Both the position numbers and the translations under genes were made by a program. A stretch of 64,000 bases of DNA from Takakia lepidozioides (Eukaryota; Plantae; Bryophyta), in contig CM060734.1 of assembly GCA_030704615.1 (NCBI GenBank), positions 53,568,001-53,632,000 on the forward strand. The letters run 5' to 3'. Below, piece after piece: positions 25,904-37,100 of this stretch. The notes under the pieces were generated by a model that did not search any database, had not been told where the DNA came from, and saw nothing but the letters and a program-made list of their open reading frames with translations. Positions within the stretch are counted from its first letter, which is position 1. Each line of letters starts with the position of its first letter.

Positions 25904-27720
25904 ATGACGAGGCATCGTTTGTTGGAGAACACAGGGCCAAGGCAACAGGTGAACGCGGAGACTGATTCAGAAGAGCAGACGGAGACTGAGGCAGCGGCTG
26001 TGACACAGTCGGCGATAAGAGTGCACCAGCCTGTGGAGGCAGAGATGATTCGCAGGGACACTGAAGGAGGTGGAAGCACGCGGAACGCCGAACCGGGAGA
26101 AGGTCCAGAAACCCTAGAGCAGACAGAAATTCCAGCAGATGTGAGAGGGAAGAGGAAAGCTGCAGAAGGGGATCCAATTTCAAAACCTAAGAAGGCGCCA
26201 GTAAGTTTTATCTAACTTACATTTCATTGTTGAAGATATGCGTAGAGATTGAGTGGAATGTCCCAGACAGGGATTGTCGCTACCGACCATCACAAAGGTG
26301 ATTTGCTTTCTACTCCTCTGCTAAGGGTTTACCGCACAATGAGTGGGTGACTATCGGTACAGTCATTCACTATTGTTCAGATCATACAGTCTGTCTGATT
26401 GCCTTTCAAGGAGTCCTTCCTCTTCCCTTCTTTAGCAGGAACTACTGAATTGCGAGCGTCGTTAACGCCATTCGATTCTCCTCATGAGATTTATGTACCT
26501 ATGTGTTTGAAGAGAGAGTGAGGGTCGGCATACCGTCAATCATCATTGTTCAGACCATACAGTCTGTCTGATTGCCTTTCAAGCAGTCCTTCCTCTTCCC
26601 ATGCTGGCGACGGTAATCACAGTGGAGTCAATCTGAATAATCTGCACTTACTGTCCGCCCTAAACTATACTGAATGTCGTTGCCGCCAATCACTTGCACA
26701 TAGATGTCATTACACAACACCAATCCGGCAGGTCGTTATCTTTTGTGATTGTCGTTAACACCGTTCGCTATCGCTCTCGCCTTTGTTTTGAATACGGCAG
26801 TATCAGCTTTGCTTGTGTAGATTGTGCTAAATTGTTTCACACCATTCATAGTGAGTTTCTTTGAGACAGAGTGATGGTCGTTACCGCCATTCACTATTTG
26901 CAAACTACTCAGTCACAACTGAATGGCATCGTGCAAAAAACTGTGAGGTCGAAGCCTACAGGATCAGAGGGGAAAGGATCTGGAGATGGGGACGAGTCCG
27001 CAAAAAGCTCAGAGAATACAGATGAAGCAGATGAATCTGAAGTGCACTACCTTGACAAGGTGAAAGAACTCATGTCATTCCAGAAGGTAAACTCTCAGGA
27101 GGTTATACGAGACATGCTCGTATCTGGAGGGCGTCTGGACATCCCTCTGTGTCGGATGATATCAATGCCTGTTGTGCGTCCACCTCTTTCCCATGACATA
27201 ACAAAATTGGAGAGTGATTTTGTGCATGGATATAGACTTGGTGCACAAGTTTTTTATGTGTCACTAACGGATATAAATGGGAAAAGCACATTAGTGTCTC
27301 CAGAGATCAGTGATAACTGGGATGAGTGATGGAAAGATGCCAATGAGGAGTTCGAGCTGGGCCTCATGATGGGAAAGAACACCCAGCAATTCTGCAACCA
27401 CATGTTCTACGTCTGGGACGGCAACCACCGATTGCTGGCATGGATGGGATACATTCAGAAACACCATGCGAAAGACAAAGACAAGCATGTTGTTGTGGAG
27501 GCAATGGTTTTGGATCCCGGAAACGACATCGCTAGGCTTCTTACAGCTATGCACGACGTGAACAAGTAAGTCATCCAGGAGATTTCATTCCCTCTGTAGT
27601 GTCTTATTAATCCTCAAAAAACAGTGTTAAGGAATGCAATGTTTCCAATGTTTTTGCAGATCGACAGAGAAATCGCATGTGACAACAAGTTTGGTTCACA
27701 CACTATTCCGAATTCAGAGG
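25904..27720 (+). pseudogene. ParB-MTase fusion gene of element X, 5' half (ParB-like domain)
   Basis: LDIPLCRMISMPVVR..KLESDFVHGYRLGAQVFYVS and FYVWDGNHRLLAW. Introns from 26201 and at 27566-27659. Cut after ..TLFRIQR at 27720. Confidence 0.85.
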
Positions 27721-27860
27721 ATAACCATAGGAGTGCTTGCGGTGGATGCAGGTGCAGGTGTAGGCTATGTTAGGAACTTAGTATTCCAAACCATAAGCCG
27801 CAACAGGTTCTCTACCCGGTTACCTTGTGGAGAGGGGGTTAGGGACATGTTCATGACTGG

Positions 27861-29130
27861 TTGAGTGTCAACACGGAGGTGCCACTAGTTGCTGGGGACA
27901 GTGCCGGTTCGAGCACTAGCGATACTAGTGGGTACACGAGACGAGGTGTGCGGTTTAGGCCACCTTCACCTCCTGTGTCTTCTACGGAAGGTTCTGATTC
28001 GGATTGTGAATCAGGGGGACTCATACCGGCGGTGCAAGTTGTTTCATTGCCATTGTTGTGGGACACAATGGAGGAGATGTATGGAGCTACCAAGGGGCCA
28101 CGAAGGTACTCTGGGGCGGTGGGCACCATCGAGTTGGATGATTTTATCCAAGAGTTTGATAGTTGGTGTGATTTGCAGCAAATGCGCAATCCACAACTAT
28201 TTACGCCTTTCATGGCATGGAAGGGGCTGTTTCAGCACCTGGAGGGACTGCCTATGGATGATTACCATGAGTTCAGGTGAGGGCATGAGGTTGAGATCGA
28301 GGAGTGGAGGATGTACTGGTCACCCGACTATGTCTCCATCACTAGGGGCACTAGAGCCACGAGGGCAGTGGCTACACCTGCCGCTGCACCGGCATCTTCA
28401 GCAAGCAGCAGTGGGACTGTCCACCCAAGCCACTACCGCACCAGCACCAGTACCCATGCCTGCCTTCAACCCTGTTGTGGAGTTCTTCGAAGAGTTGAGA
28501 GGGAACTACCAAGGGGTGAGGACAGAGAACTTGCGGAGCTTGCAAGAGTTCCAACGGAAGCCGACTGAGAGCTTGAGGGAGGCTTTCACTCGCATGAGGT
28601 GCTTGATAAATGTAACCCAAGGGGTTACGGAAGCTCATGCAGTCCAATTCTGGTATGGGATATTGGACAAGGAGCTGAGGAGAAGGGTGCGGGATGCAAC
28701 TCTCCTACAAACGGCCCAACCCACCTTAGCAAATGTGTTTTTGCTGGCAGAGCGGATAGAGCTCAACATGGTGGAGGAATGAATGGTCATGGTGGGATTT
28801 GCTAAGGAGACACCACGGGGTAGTGGTGCTCCTAGCCAACCACTACCTCAATGTGCTCAAGGCAACAAGGGGGCTCAGGTGAAGCTCAGGGAAGGACAGA
28901 GAGGACCTCAGATGCAGGGGTCTCTTCCTTCATTTGCAGGCCAACAACGGGTTGAGGTGGTGTGCTGAACATGTGGAGGACCCCATGTCAAGAAAGATTG
29001 CCCAGAGGGAGGCAAAGGGCCGGCACATGCACAGCCTGCACAGTTGCAGTGTGGGCATTGTGGCAAACACGGGCATGGAGAGGCCCAGTGTTATGGTTTG
29101 CATCCCGAGTTGCGCCCAAGCCAGTTCCAA
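27861..29130 (+). pseudogene. Retrotransposon Gag with CCHC zinc knuckles
   Basis: PRRYSG..LDDFIQEF; FQRKPTESLREAF..F..IL..LRRRV..TLANV..AERIE; CGHCGKHGHGEAQC at ~29047-29090. Confidence 0.8.
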
Positions 29131-29929
29131 GGGAACAATGGTGGCCGGGGGGCGAGGTGGAGCAGCCCAGAGAGGACAAGGTGGCCAGGCATGAGGTGCA
29201 GGCCAAGGGCAAGCTCAACATGGCCAAGGACGCGGAGGTCAGGGTGTTGACCAAGGCATGGTCAACCGGCTTCAGCAGCTAGAGCAGAGGCTCGCTGCCA
29301 TGGCTACAGCTCAGGTGGTACCGGCTCCAAGGCCGGATGGTCCACCTCCTGCTCCTGAGGGAGGAGATATGGGAGGCATGGGATTCATGTGCGGAGCAGC
29401 ACTACCACTAGTGCGGGTGGAGTCTGCTGCAGCCGTGACTCGAGGAGCAGCACGAGTTCCTGAGCCACGAGGTGCAGAGGTGGAGTTGGATTCACAGCGT
29501 GGGGAGGCAAGCCGTCAGGCTAGGCTTCCTCAGTCATTCACATTGGCGGAGACAGTGTCGACGCCATCCATGGCACCTAGTTCTCGCCCGACTGTTACCG
29601 ACGTGGAGGTTACTATGCCATTAGGGAGAGCTACACGGGTAGCACCACTACCTAGTATTGCCAAGGCTACGGCAGCTAGTGTGCTGCTAGGAGCGGCCAC
29701 ATCTGTGTGCCAGGCTCCATTGTTCTCGGCTACCATAATTGCGACGCCGGGGGTAAGACCAGCTGAGGTGTTCAGGCTCGCAGCTACACTCCGTGAGATA
29801 GTGGGAGGTGTAGTGCCGGAGGGATCCTCGGATTTGAGGGTCAAGACTGCCACGGCGGTGCCATGGCAAGTTGCAGCTGCCATGTCGATGGAGCTGCCAG
29901 CTAGGCCAGCCATTGAGCGCGCCATGGTT

Positions 29930-30340
29930 ACACCTGGAGTTGTCATGTTAGACAACCAGGATGGCATTTTCTGTTTGAGTGGACCGGCAGGCAAGAGGTA
30001 CCGACCACTGCGGGTCTTGTTGGACTCGATAGCTCAGCCATTGATGCTCGGCAAAGCTGCTATTGCAGGCTTGGGCCTCATGGAGGCGGATATGGAGCCT
30101 TGTCCTTTCCAGATACAGACGTCTCTGGGAGGATCGAAGCAGGCTCGGGGCATGACACGGCGTGAGTTGGCTATCAGACTACGGCCGGATCACCCTACAG
30201 ATGGCTCAGTGATGCGAGCCAAAGCCATTGTGACAGACGCGGTCTCATACGATGTCCTGGTTGGTGGGGCATTGTTGTACCCCATGGGCTTCACCCTGGA
30301 TTTTTGGGAGGAGTCGGCTTCCTATAGGCCTGCATGGTAA
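29930..30340 (+). pseudogene. Retroviral-type aspartic protease
   Basis: RVLLDSIAQ (degenerate DSGA) followed by YDVLVGGALL..MGFTLDF in ORF 29258-30340. Confidence 0.7.
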
Positions 30341-30718
30341 TCAGGGGAGGGCCGGCATGTGCAGCTCCCTGTGACATTCATAGGAGGAGTTGCGGTTGCC
30401 CAGCGAGGCAAGATGCCGACACTAGCAGCATTCACAGCGACAGTGAGTTGGCCTGGAGAGTTGCTTGAGGGCAACGCTCATTCAGAGGATGTGCCACCTC
30501 CGGGAGAGCAGGATGACATGTATGGTATGGCGGAGTTGCCTACCATGGTTGCTCAGACTCCATTGTGGGGCACGAGCAAGGATTTGTAGCGGGATGCTGA
30601 TCGACGGGTGCAACAAACCTGGGTGGAGGCTTTTATATTGTTAGGAGAGGAGGAGAGTGCGGGGATTGCACCAGGACCACCTCAGTTGTCTCCATTGGAC
30701 ACCACACCTATTGTGTAG

Positions 30719-31834
30719 CAGTATCCGGATGAAGACATTTGTCTTCTGGACTTGTTTGGCGGGATCAGCACCGGATTGGCTGCTGTGTTACAGGCAGGTG
30801 TACGAGTTCAGCGTTACCTGTATGTGGAGAGGGATGAGACTGCACGACGCATTTCACTTCGCCATGTTGCTCAGTTGGTGCAGTGGTACCCTGAGTTGTT
30901 GTCGGTGTCTGCAGTTCGTGGATATCAGCAGGCCTTGCCAGCAGACATTTTGTTGCTGGGGGCGCAGGATTTGGAGCGGGTTGGCTCCATTGATCTGGTA
31001 GTAGCAGGTTGGCCCTGCCAAGGGCATTCATCAACCGGGCATGGCAATGGATTGCGAGACTCGAGGTCGGGTCTGTTTTGGGAGATGGTGCGGGTTTTGC
31101 GCCACTTGCAGCTTCATCAAGCTGTATCTCCATCATACATCTTGGAGAATGTGCCATTGATTGGCGATTCTCGGGCCAGGGTGATGGCCAATGTGCATCA
31201 AGTCCGGTCGTGGCTTGGGTCAGCAATGTTGCTAGATGCAGCTACAATGGGGTCACGGGCTCATCGTCCACGGCTATGGTGGAATAACTTGATGTCACCC
31301 GCACTGCTCAAGCGTGCATTTGATGGGGTGCAGCGGCCAGCACATCTCACAGTGGATAGCATTCTGGACACAGGGAGGCAGTCTCAGCGTGTGAGACACG
31401 ATGACCGTTCGCCTTTGGCAATGGTCAACAAGGTGGGTCAACCACGAGCAGCATTACCTACACTGCTCAGCTTCCCAGGATCGCATGCTTTCCGGGATAG
31501 TGGACCTGGCCTCCTATGGTATGCTCAGTTGCAGCAGTTAGTGGAGCCTAATGCTGACGAGCGTGAGCAGGCAATGGGTTTTACCACTGGTACCACGGCG
31601 GTGTCGTCTCTTTTTGAGGCATCACGTCATCAGGTGTTGGGGCAAGCAATGGATCTCAATTGCTTGACCTGGATTATCAGCTTGGCTATGGCTGAGCAAT
31701 GCAGAGTGCGGAGTACCCTTCCCTCGATGGTCTCTCTGCCTACCGAGACGGTACAAGCAGTGAGTGGGGGCGAGCATGTAAGGACCACGGGGTGCAGGCA
31801 TCCATGGCACACGTGGGAGGTGTTCGAGGTTTAG
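30719..31834 (+). CDS. C5-cytosine DNA methyltransferase domain, DNMT3-like, within the retroelement polyprotein frame
   Basis: Motifs I LLDLFGGISTG, II YVE, IV DLVVAGWPCQG, VI ILENV, VIII AHRPRLWW, IX EREQAMGF and X RHQVLGQAM are all in one open frame. Confidence 0.93.
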   Translation, partial: QYPDEDICLLDLFGGISTGLAAVLQAGVRVQRYLYVERDETARRISLRHVAQLVQWYPELLSVSAVRGYQQALPADILLLGAQDLERVGSIDLVVAGWPCQGHSSTGHGNGLRDSRSGLFWEMVRVLRHLQLHQAVSPSYILENVPLIGDSRARVMANVHQVRSWLGSAMLLDAATMGSRAHRPRLWWNNLMSPALLKRAFDGVQRPAHLTVDSILDTGRQSQRVRHDDRSPLAMVNKVGQPRAALPTLLSFPGSHAFRDSGPGLLWYAQLQQLVEPNADEREQAMGFTTGTTAVSSLFEASRHQVLGQAMDLNCLTWIISLAMAEQCRVRSTLPSMVSLPTETVQAVSGGEHVRTTGCRHPWHTWEVFEV

Positions 31835-32399
31835 AGGGAGTTGGCAGCCAAGGCGGCTGTGATGGATGAGGTTGGGGATTCTTCTCGGGTTGAGGAGGTC
31901 CTCAAGGATGAGATGATGGGGCAGGATGAGGCCTTTTCATTGACTGAGCAGGCAGGGAGTACTGCTCAAGAGGTTGCGGCATAGCAACCACGGGACGCGT
32001 CCTCTATCTCTAAGTCTGCTGGACTTAAGGTTGCAGTTACGAAGGGCAATTGGGAGCCTGACATTGGACCTATTGTCACTAGAGGAGAGAGACGACGTAT
32101 ACGGCGGTTCCTGAGGCTTACAGGAATTGTTTTGCCTCTCGTGCTATGGTGGAGGAGCATGAGAAACATGTTCAGGTTGTGCATCGACCGGGTTTGGTCA
32201 ATAGGGATGCGGATGGATTGAGTCGCAATCCATGCACGAACCAACAGGATGACACTAGAGCTCGGTGGCATGGTGAGACGGACAAGAAGATGGTGCCGGG
32301 GTGACATGCATCTGCCTTTTTGTGTATCTTGGCATCGGGAGGTCAGGTTGGACCTACAACAAGGATGACTGTAGACGGAGTGTCTGAGGACCCTGAGGT

Positions 32400-33282
32400 T
32401 AGTGATGAGCCAGGTGGTGCCAGAGATATACATGAGGATTCGGCTGTGTTGGACTACCTCCGCACGGGAGACACGGCAGCCACTGTGACTGCCAGGGAGA
32501 GGGATCGGATCCTGCAACAAGCCAAGAGGTTCAAGTGGGAGGGGATACACCTACTTCGAGTGTGGGAGGATGGTCGGGTGAGGATTGTGCCTTACCCCAC
32601 ACAGCGTGCATGGTTAGTGCGGCATGCCCATGAGGAGTTGGGGCATTTTGGAGTGCGACGCACTCACAGTTTAATTACTGCAGGGGCAGTATTGGTGGCG
32701 TGGTATGCAACCATTCGTAGGGACACTGCTCAAGTCCTTAACCTTGACGATCCGGACGTGTGGGTACGTGCATGTGATCAGCGTGCAGAGTTGTTCAAAA
32801 AAGTCATGCCCATGGCTTTTGAGAACCTTGCCATTGCACAACACCGTGATACGTTGAGGTATGCCACTATACGTGGTGGAGGATATTGTCTTGGGGTTCG
32901 GAGGTTTAGCCCTGGTGACTATGTTTATCTGCAGCAGACTGCTCCTACAACTCTGGATGTTACTGCAGGGCGTGTTATTCTGAGGGTTTGAGAGGTGTTG
33001 CCCTCAGGGGTCCTGATCTTGGAGGGTCGGGATGGCATGACTTGGAAGGACCATGTGCGTAATTGTGCGCCATGTCACCTTCCCAATGTCGATGGCAGAT
33101 TTGACCCAAACTTGGCAGTGGTACCTGCAGGTTTGAGGTGCATGCTCTGTGGATCTCCCAAAGGGGTAGCCACCATGCTGGTATGTGATCGATGCTCAAG
33201 GGGTTGGCATATGGGATGCTTGACACTACCTCTTGAGAAGGTTCCTGACGGAGATTGGTTGTGTCCACACTGCTTGGGATAG
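32400..33282 (+). pseudogene. Integrase remnants (HHCC start, GPY/F-like tail) with C-terminal PHD finger
   Basis: LVRHAHEELGHFGVRRT; FSPGDYVYL; PHD C4HC3 CMLC..MLVCDRCSRGWHMGCL..VPDGDWLCPHC (~33139-33273). Confidence 0.85.
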
Positions 33283-33664
33283 TGGCAGTGGACATGATTG
33301 GAGGCAGCTAACAAGACATGGGAGGCCAAGCTCATAGGAGTCAATACATGAGATACCAAGCTCAAGTTCACAGGTTGCAAGACGGCGACTAACGATGGGG
33401 CAACTCTTGCACCCGGCCTGTTGATCTATCGAATTTGAGTGTAGTAGGGATAGTGGTGGAGGACTTAGTGAGGCTATGGTCACTATCACATCTTGTGGCT
33501 ACCTGGACTTAGAGGGACCTAAGCACCAGCTAGGGGGGCGATTGTGTGGACTAGTGATTGCCATAGTGGGCAGCATAGTGGCAGCCTAGTGACTGACTAG
33601 TTGTAGCCTAGTGGTTGGACTAGTGGTGGACTAGTGATATACTAGTGTGTGGCGTGCACATGTG

Positions 33665-34148
33665 GTGTGTGGCGTGCACGTGTGTTGTGTGGTTTTGGAC
33701 AGCGATGTAGTTGTGTAGCGATATGTATGCGTACGACAGCTGTCAAGTTATTTTACCACTAGTGTGAAACTAGCTAGGAAATAGCTAGCTTTTACATATT
33801 GACATTTGGGATTGGCCCAAGTGTCAATCCAGGGGTCAAGGCAGATTTAGGCCCTGGAGTAGTTATCTTCACGGCAAGCGCGGGAGGCTCATCTTTCTTG
33901 AGTTGAGCCTCACCGCGCCTAGCTATGGCGCCGTAGTGTGGATTCCCCATGGCGTGGGGTGCACTTGGCTTGACTTGTATTTGAGTGATGAGTTTATATA
34001 TGCATGAGTTTATGCTTCAGCTTTGTGAGCTCGCATGAGCTTGTGCTTGTATTCTTCTTCTTTATCTATTGTGTGTGTGGCATGCACATGTGTTGTGTGG
34101 TTTTGGACAGCGATGTAGTTGTATAGCGATATGTATGCGCACGACAGC
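33665..34148. repeat. 76-bp direct repeat (33665-33740 and 34073-34148) in an LTR/3'UTR-like region
   Basis: gtgtgtggc.tgcac.tgtgttgtgtggttttggacagcgatgtagttgt.tagcgatatgtatgcg.acgacagc occurs twice. Confidence 0.8.
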
Positions 34149-37100
34149 AACGGTGGCCGCAGGTGCCTGCCACTGCAATCCTCCTAGCCTCTCTCCCAAT
34201 AGCTTGTCGTCCCCTTCCAACGCGAGCAGATGCCTTCCGCAAATTGTTGCAGCCACCATGGAGGACCTGCATCCCGTTGTCAAATCGACTATTGTTCCCC
34301 CTTCTGATGAACACATCTTGATGAAGGTTTGCATGAACCTTGGGCTTTTCTCACGAGTCCCGCAGAAGAAGGTGTCATCTTGTCGTTTGTGGAGTCTATC
34401 CTCTCTGACCATGTTCCTCCTCACCACATCCTCAATGACACTGTTGTGGTCGGTGTCAAGCTTTGCAACAATCTCCCGCAAGTTGAAATTGGCGTCCATG
34501 CCCCTCAGTAGGCAAAATGCATAGAAAATCTTAGTCTACCAGTTCAAATTTCAGCAGGAACCCCGTGAGATCGAGATTATACAAGAGAAGACCTGTAATA
34601 TTCTGTACAGGGTATGTTTGAAGAAACAAAATGCACTTTCCAGCTCCACAACTCTAAAATGCGTTGTGATAATTGTTACCGACTGCAACGTCAAAACCCC
34701 CCACCTTTGTTTGATAGTCGGCACCGACTATCAAATCCCACAATCCCGGCCTACACACTGATTTACTAGCATGACACACCATTCTCATAGTCGATGACGA
34801 CTATGAATCCAAGCCAACTATGAAAGGACAGTAGGCAACCCCGAGACATAGTCGGCACCGACTATATATGTGTAGACAATCCATACCAACCACAAAGGAT
34901 ATTTGACGACATTTAAATACATTTTGAAGAAAATGTTGAGGAAGGTGTAATAGCGGTGATGAAAAATTGAAAGTGGGGAGCAAACAATTTAAGCAGTTTA
35001 AGCAGTTTGAACTTACCTGTGCCGCCTTGCCTCTCCAGATTGAAGTGGTAGCCGATTGAGGCAAGTCCACTTTCTCTTGATAACTTTGAAGGGCCCCGCT
35101 GGGCCCACACATCTCCAAATTTCAACCTCTGACTTAGCATCACCCTTGAGAAAATAACAAGGCAGCCGTCGTCATTGAGCAAGGATGCCCAAGCAAGCCG
35201 GACATCGGCAAAACTACCGTTCATTGTGTAAATATTGCAGCACGCCAATGCATGCGGGACGATATCCTTTGTCTTTGCATTCCAAACGGGTACAATGTCA
35301 TCTCTGCCACATCCTCTCATAGACTGTCCATCAGGGAGATCCACCATAACACGTGGTCTACCCCCGCTTTAGAGACTGTGCCACCCCTACGCAAAGGCTC
35401 GCGGGAGTGGTGCCTCTCCAAAAACGCGTCGATATCTCCCCTCGGCTCTGGCCACTTACTCGTTGTTCATTTGGATGTCAACCTCTGGATGACAAGCTGG
35501 AACCAATCGCACTTGAGGCATGCTATGTCTGTGTTTGGAATCCCTCTCGCAAAGAGATAGCCTCGTAAAGTAGCACAGTTGCCAGCTGCATGCCCCTCCC
35601 GTCACTTGTGTTTGCCCATGCAGGGTTTCAAGAAGAACGATTCCTGCGCTCAATCTGGAAGTTGTGTAGGGCATCTGTAAACGCCAGTTGGTTGTCTTCC
35701 CTGTAAGCACCATCTGTCTCATCTACACTCTCCACACCTGTGTTGCCTGCAGGCCTTGTGCCCAGGGGGGGGGTTCCTACCCTGTGGTGGCTGTCTTCTT
35801 CTATTTCTATTTCTTTTTTCTAGGTTTCTTCTTGGCCACCGCTTCTTCCAGAGCTGTATTGGCTTGTTCAAGGTGTGCGGCAGCGACGACTGCTGCCTCC
35901 TCGACACCTTCCTCCATCAATGGCTCCATGTGAGTTGGTGCTGGCAGCTCATTCTTGGTGTACTTCTTGAACAAATCCACTTCTTCGTCAGGAATGACAT
36001 CGGGTGGTAGGTCCATCCACCAGTAGCAGGGCAGATGCGTGACTTTCACGTACTCACCTAAGTGCATGTCGTTGTACATTGTGCAGTCTGACCGTAGGCT
36101 GGCCCACTGTGTGACACTGGCTGGCATACACTTAATATGTTTGTTGGCGAGCAAATAAAAGTTTATGTACCTGTTGCAGTGCACCAAAAGTCGACGTGAT
36201 CATGACGGACATTGGGCCTGATTGCAATGACATGGAAGAAATGTATGAAAAGCAAGGGCCGTAGTCCCTTCCCAGATGCAATAGTCGGCAGCGACTATGA
36301 TACCCAATAGGCCAAAGCTAGTGTCATAGTCGGTGGCGACTACGACTCCCAACTGTGGACGCCAACCTCTGACCGAGGCCCTATCCAAAAGTGGCTATAT
36401 ACTCTACCTCATGGCTACCGCATACCCACCCTATAGTCGTTGCCGACTATGTAATAGAGTAAGTTTTTAAATTTCCGGGACGTAGTCACTGCCCACTTGC
36501 AATAGTCGGCAGTGACTATGACACCCAATAGTCCAAAACTTGTGTCATAGTCGGTGGCGACTATGACCTCGCCAACGGTGGGTTCAACTGGCTACGACAG
36601 GGCCCGTTTCCTAAAGTCGTTGCCAACTATACCCCATGGCTAACCCAGCCCCATCCTGTAGTCGTTGCGGACTATATTGACGACCATGTCTGAGCCCAGT
36701 AGTCGGCACCGACCACGAGCAAGACCAAGACTGCCGACTATCGGAATCTTTGCCGACTATAACATACCTACAGATGAACGTTCGCTCGCTAGTTCCTACA
36801 ACCCATTTGTTGTATGTCATATGCAAAGCCAAAGCGGAATTGCAATGACAATAATGTACCTGTACACGAGCCTGCAAGCTGGCAAAGACCCACCAGGCTG
36901 CTCGGTAATCGGCCAACTTCGGGCAGGCCCATCCTTCATCTCGCACCAGAACAACTCCTTCCAGTACTTGATGCAGAAATCATCCACCCAGACAGAAAAG
37001 GTCTTGAGCATGGGAGCCTCTTCCTCGGTTGGCAGCTGCAGGAACCCTTTCTGAATTACCAGCATGGCCAACTACCGCTCTGCTTCCTCCTTTTGCTGCG

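Larger units (their letters stand above)
20964..27720. mobile_element. Element X, left 6.8 kb: second GCM-MULE/ParB-MTase transposon nested in the element 1 transposase
   Basis: Starts exactly where the element 1 transposase breaks, has GTGAGC/GCTCAC subterminal motifs, and holds a transposase (-) divergent from a ParB gene (+). Confidence 0.8.
27721..34148 (+). mobile_element. Ty3/Gypsy-like retroelement (internally deleted) carrying a cytosine methyltransferase and a PHD finger
   Basis: Order is Gag, Zn knuckles, protease, DNMT, integrase remnants, PHD. RT/RNaseH and integrase core were not found, and paired LTRs were not identified. Confidence 0.85.
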
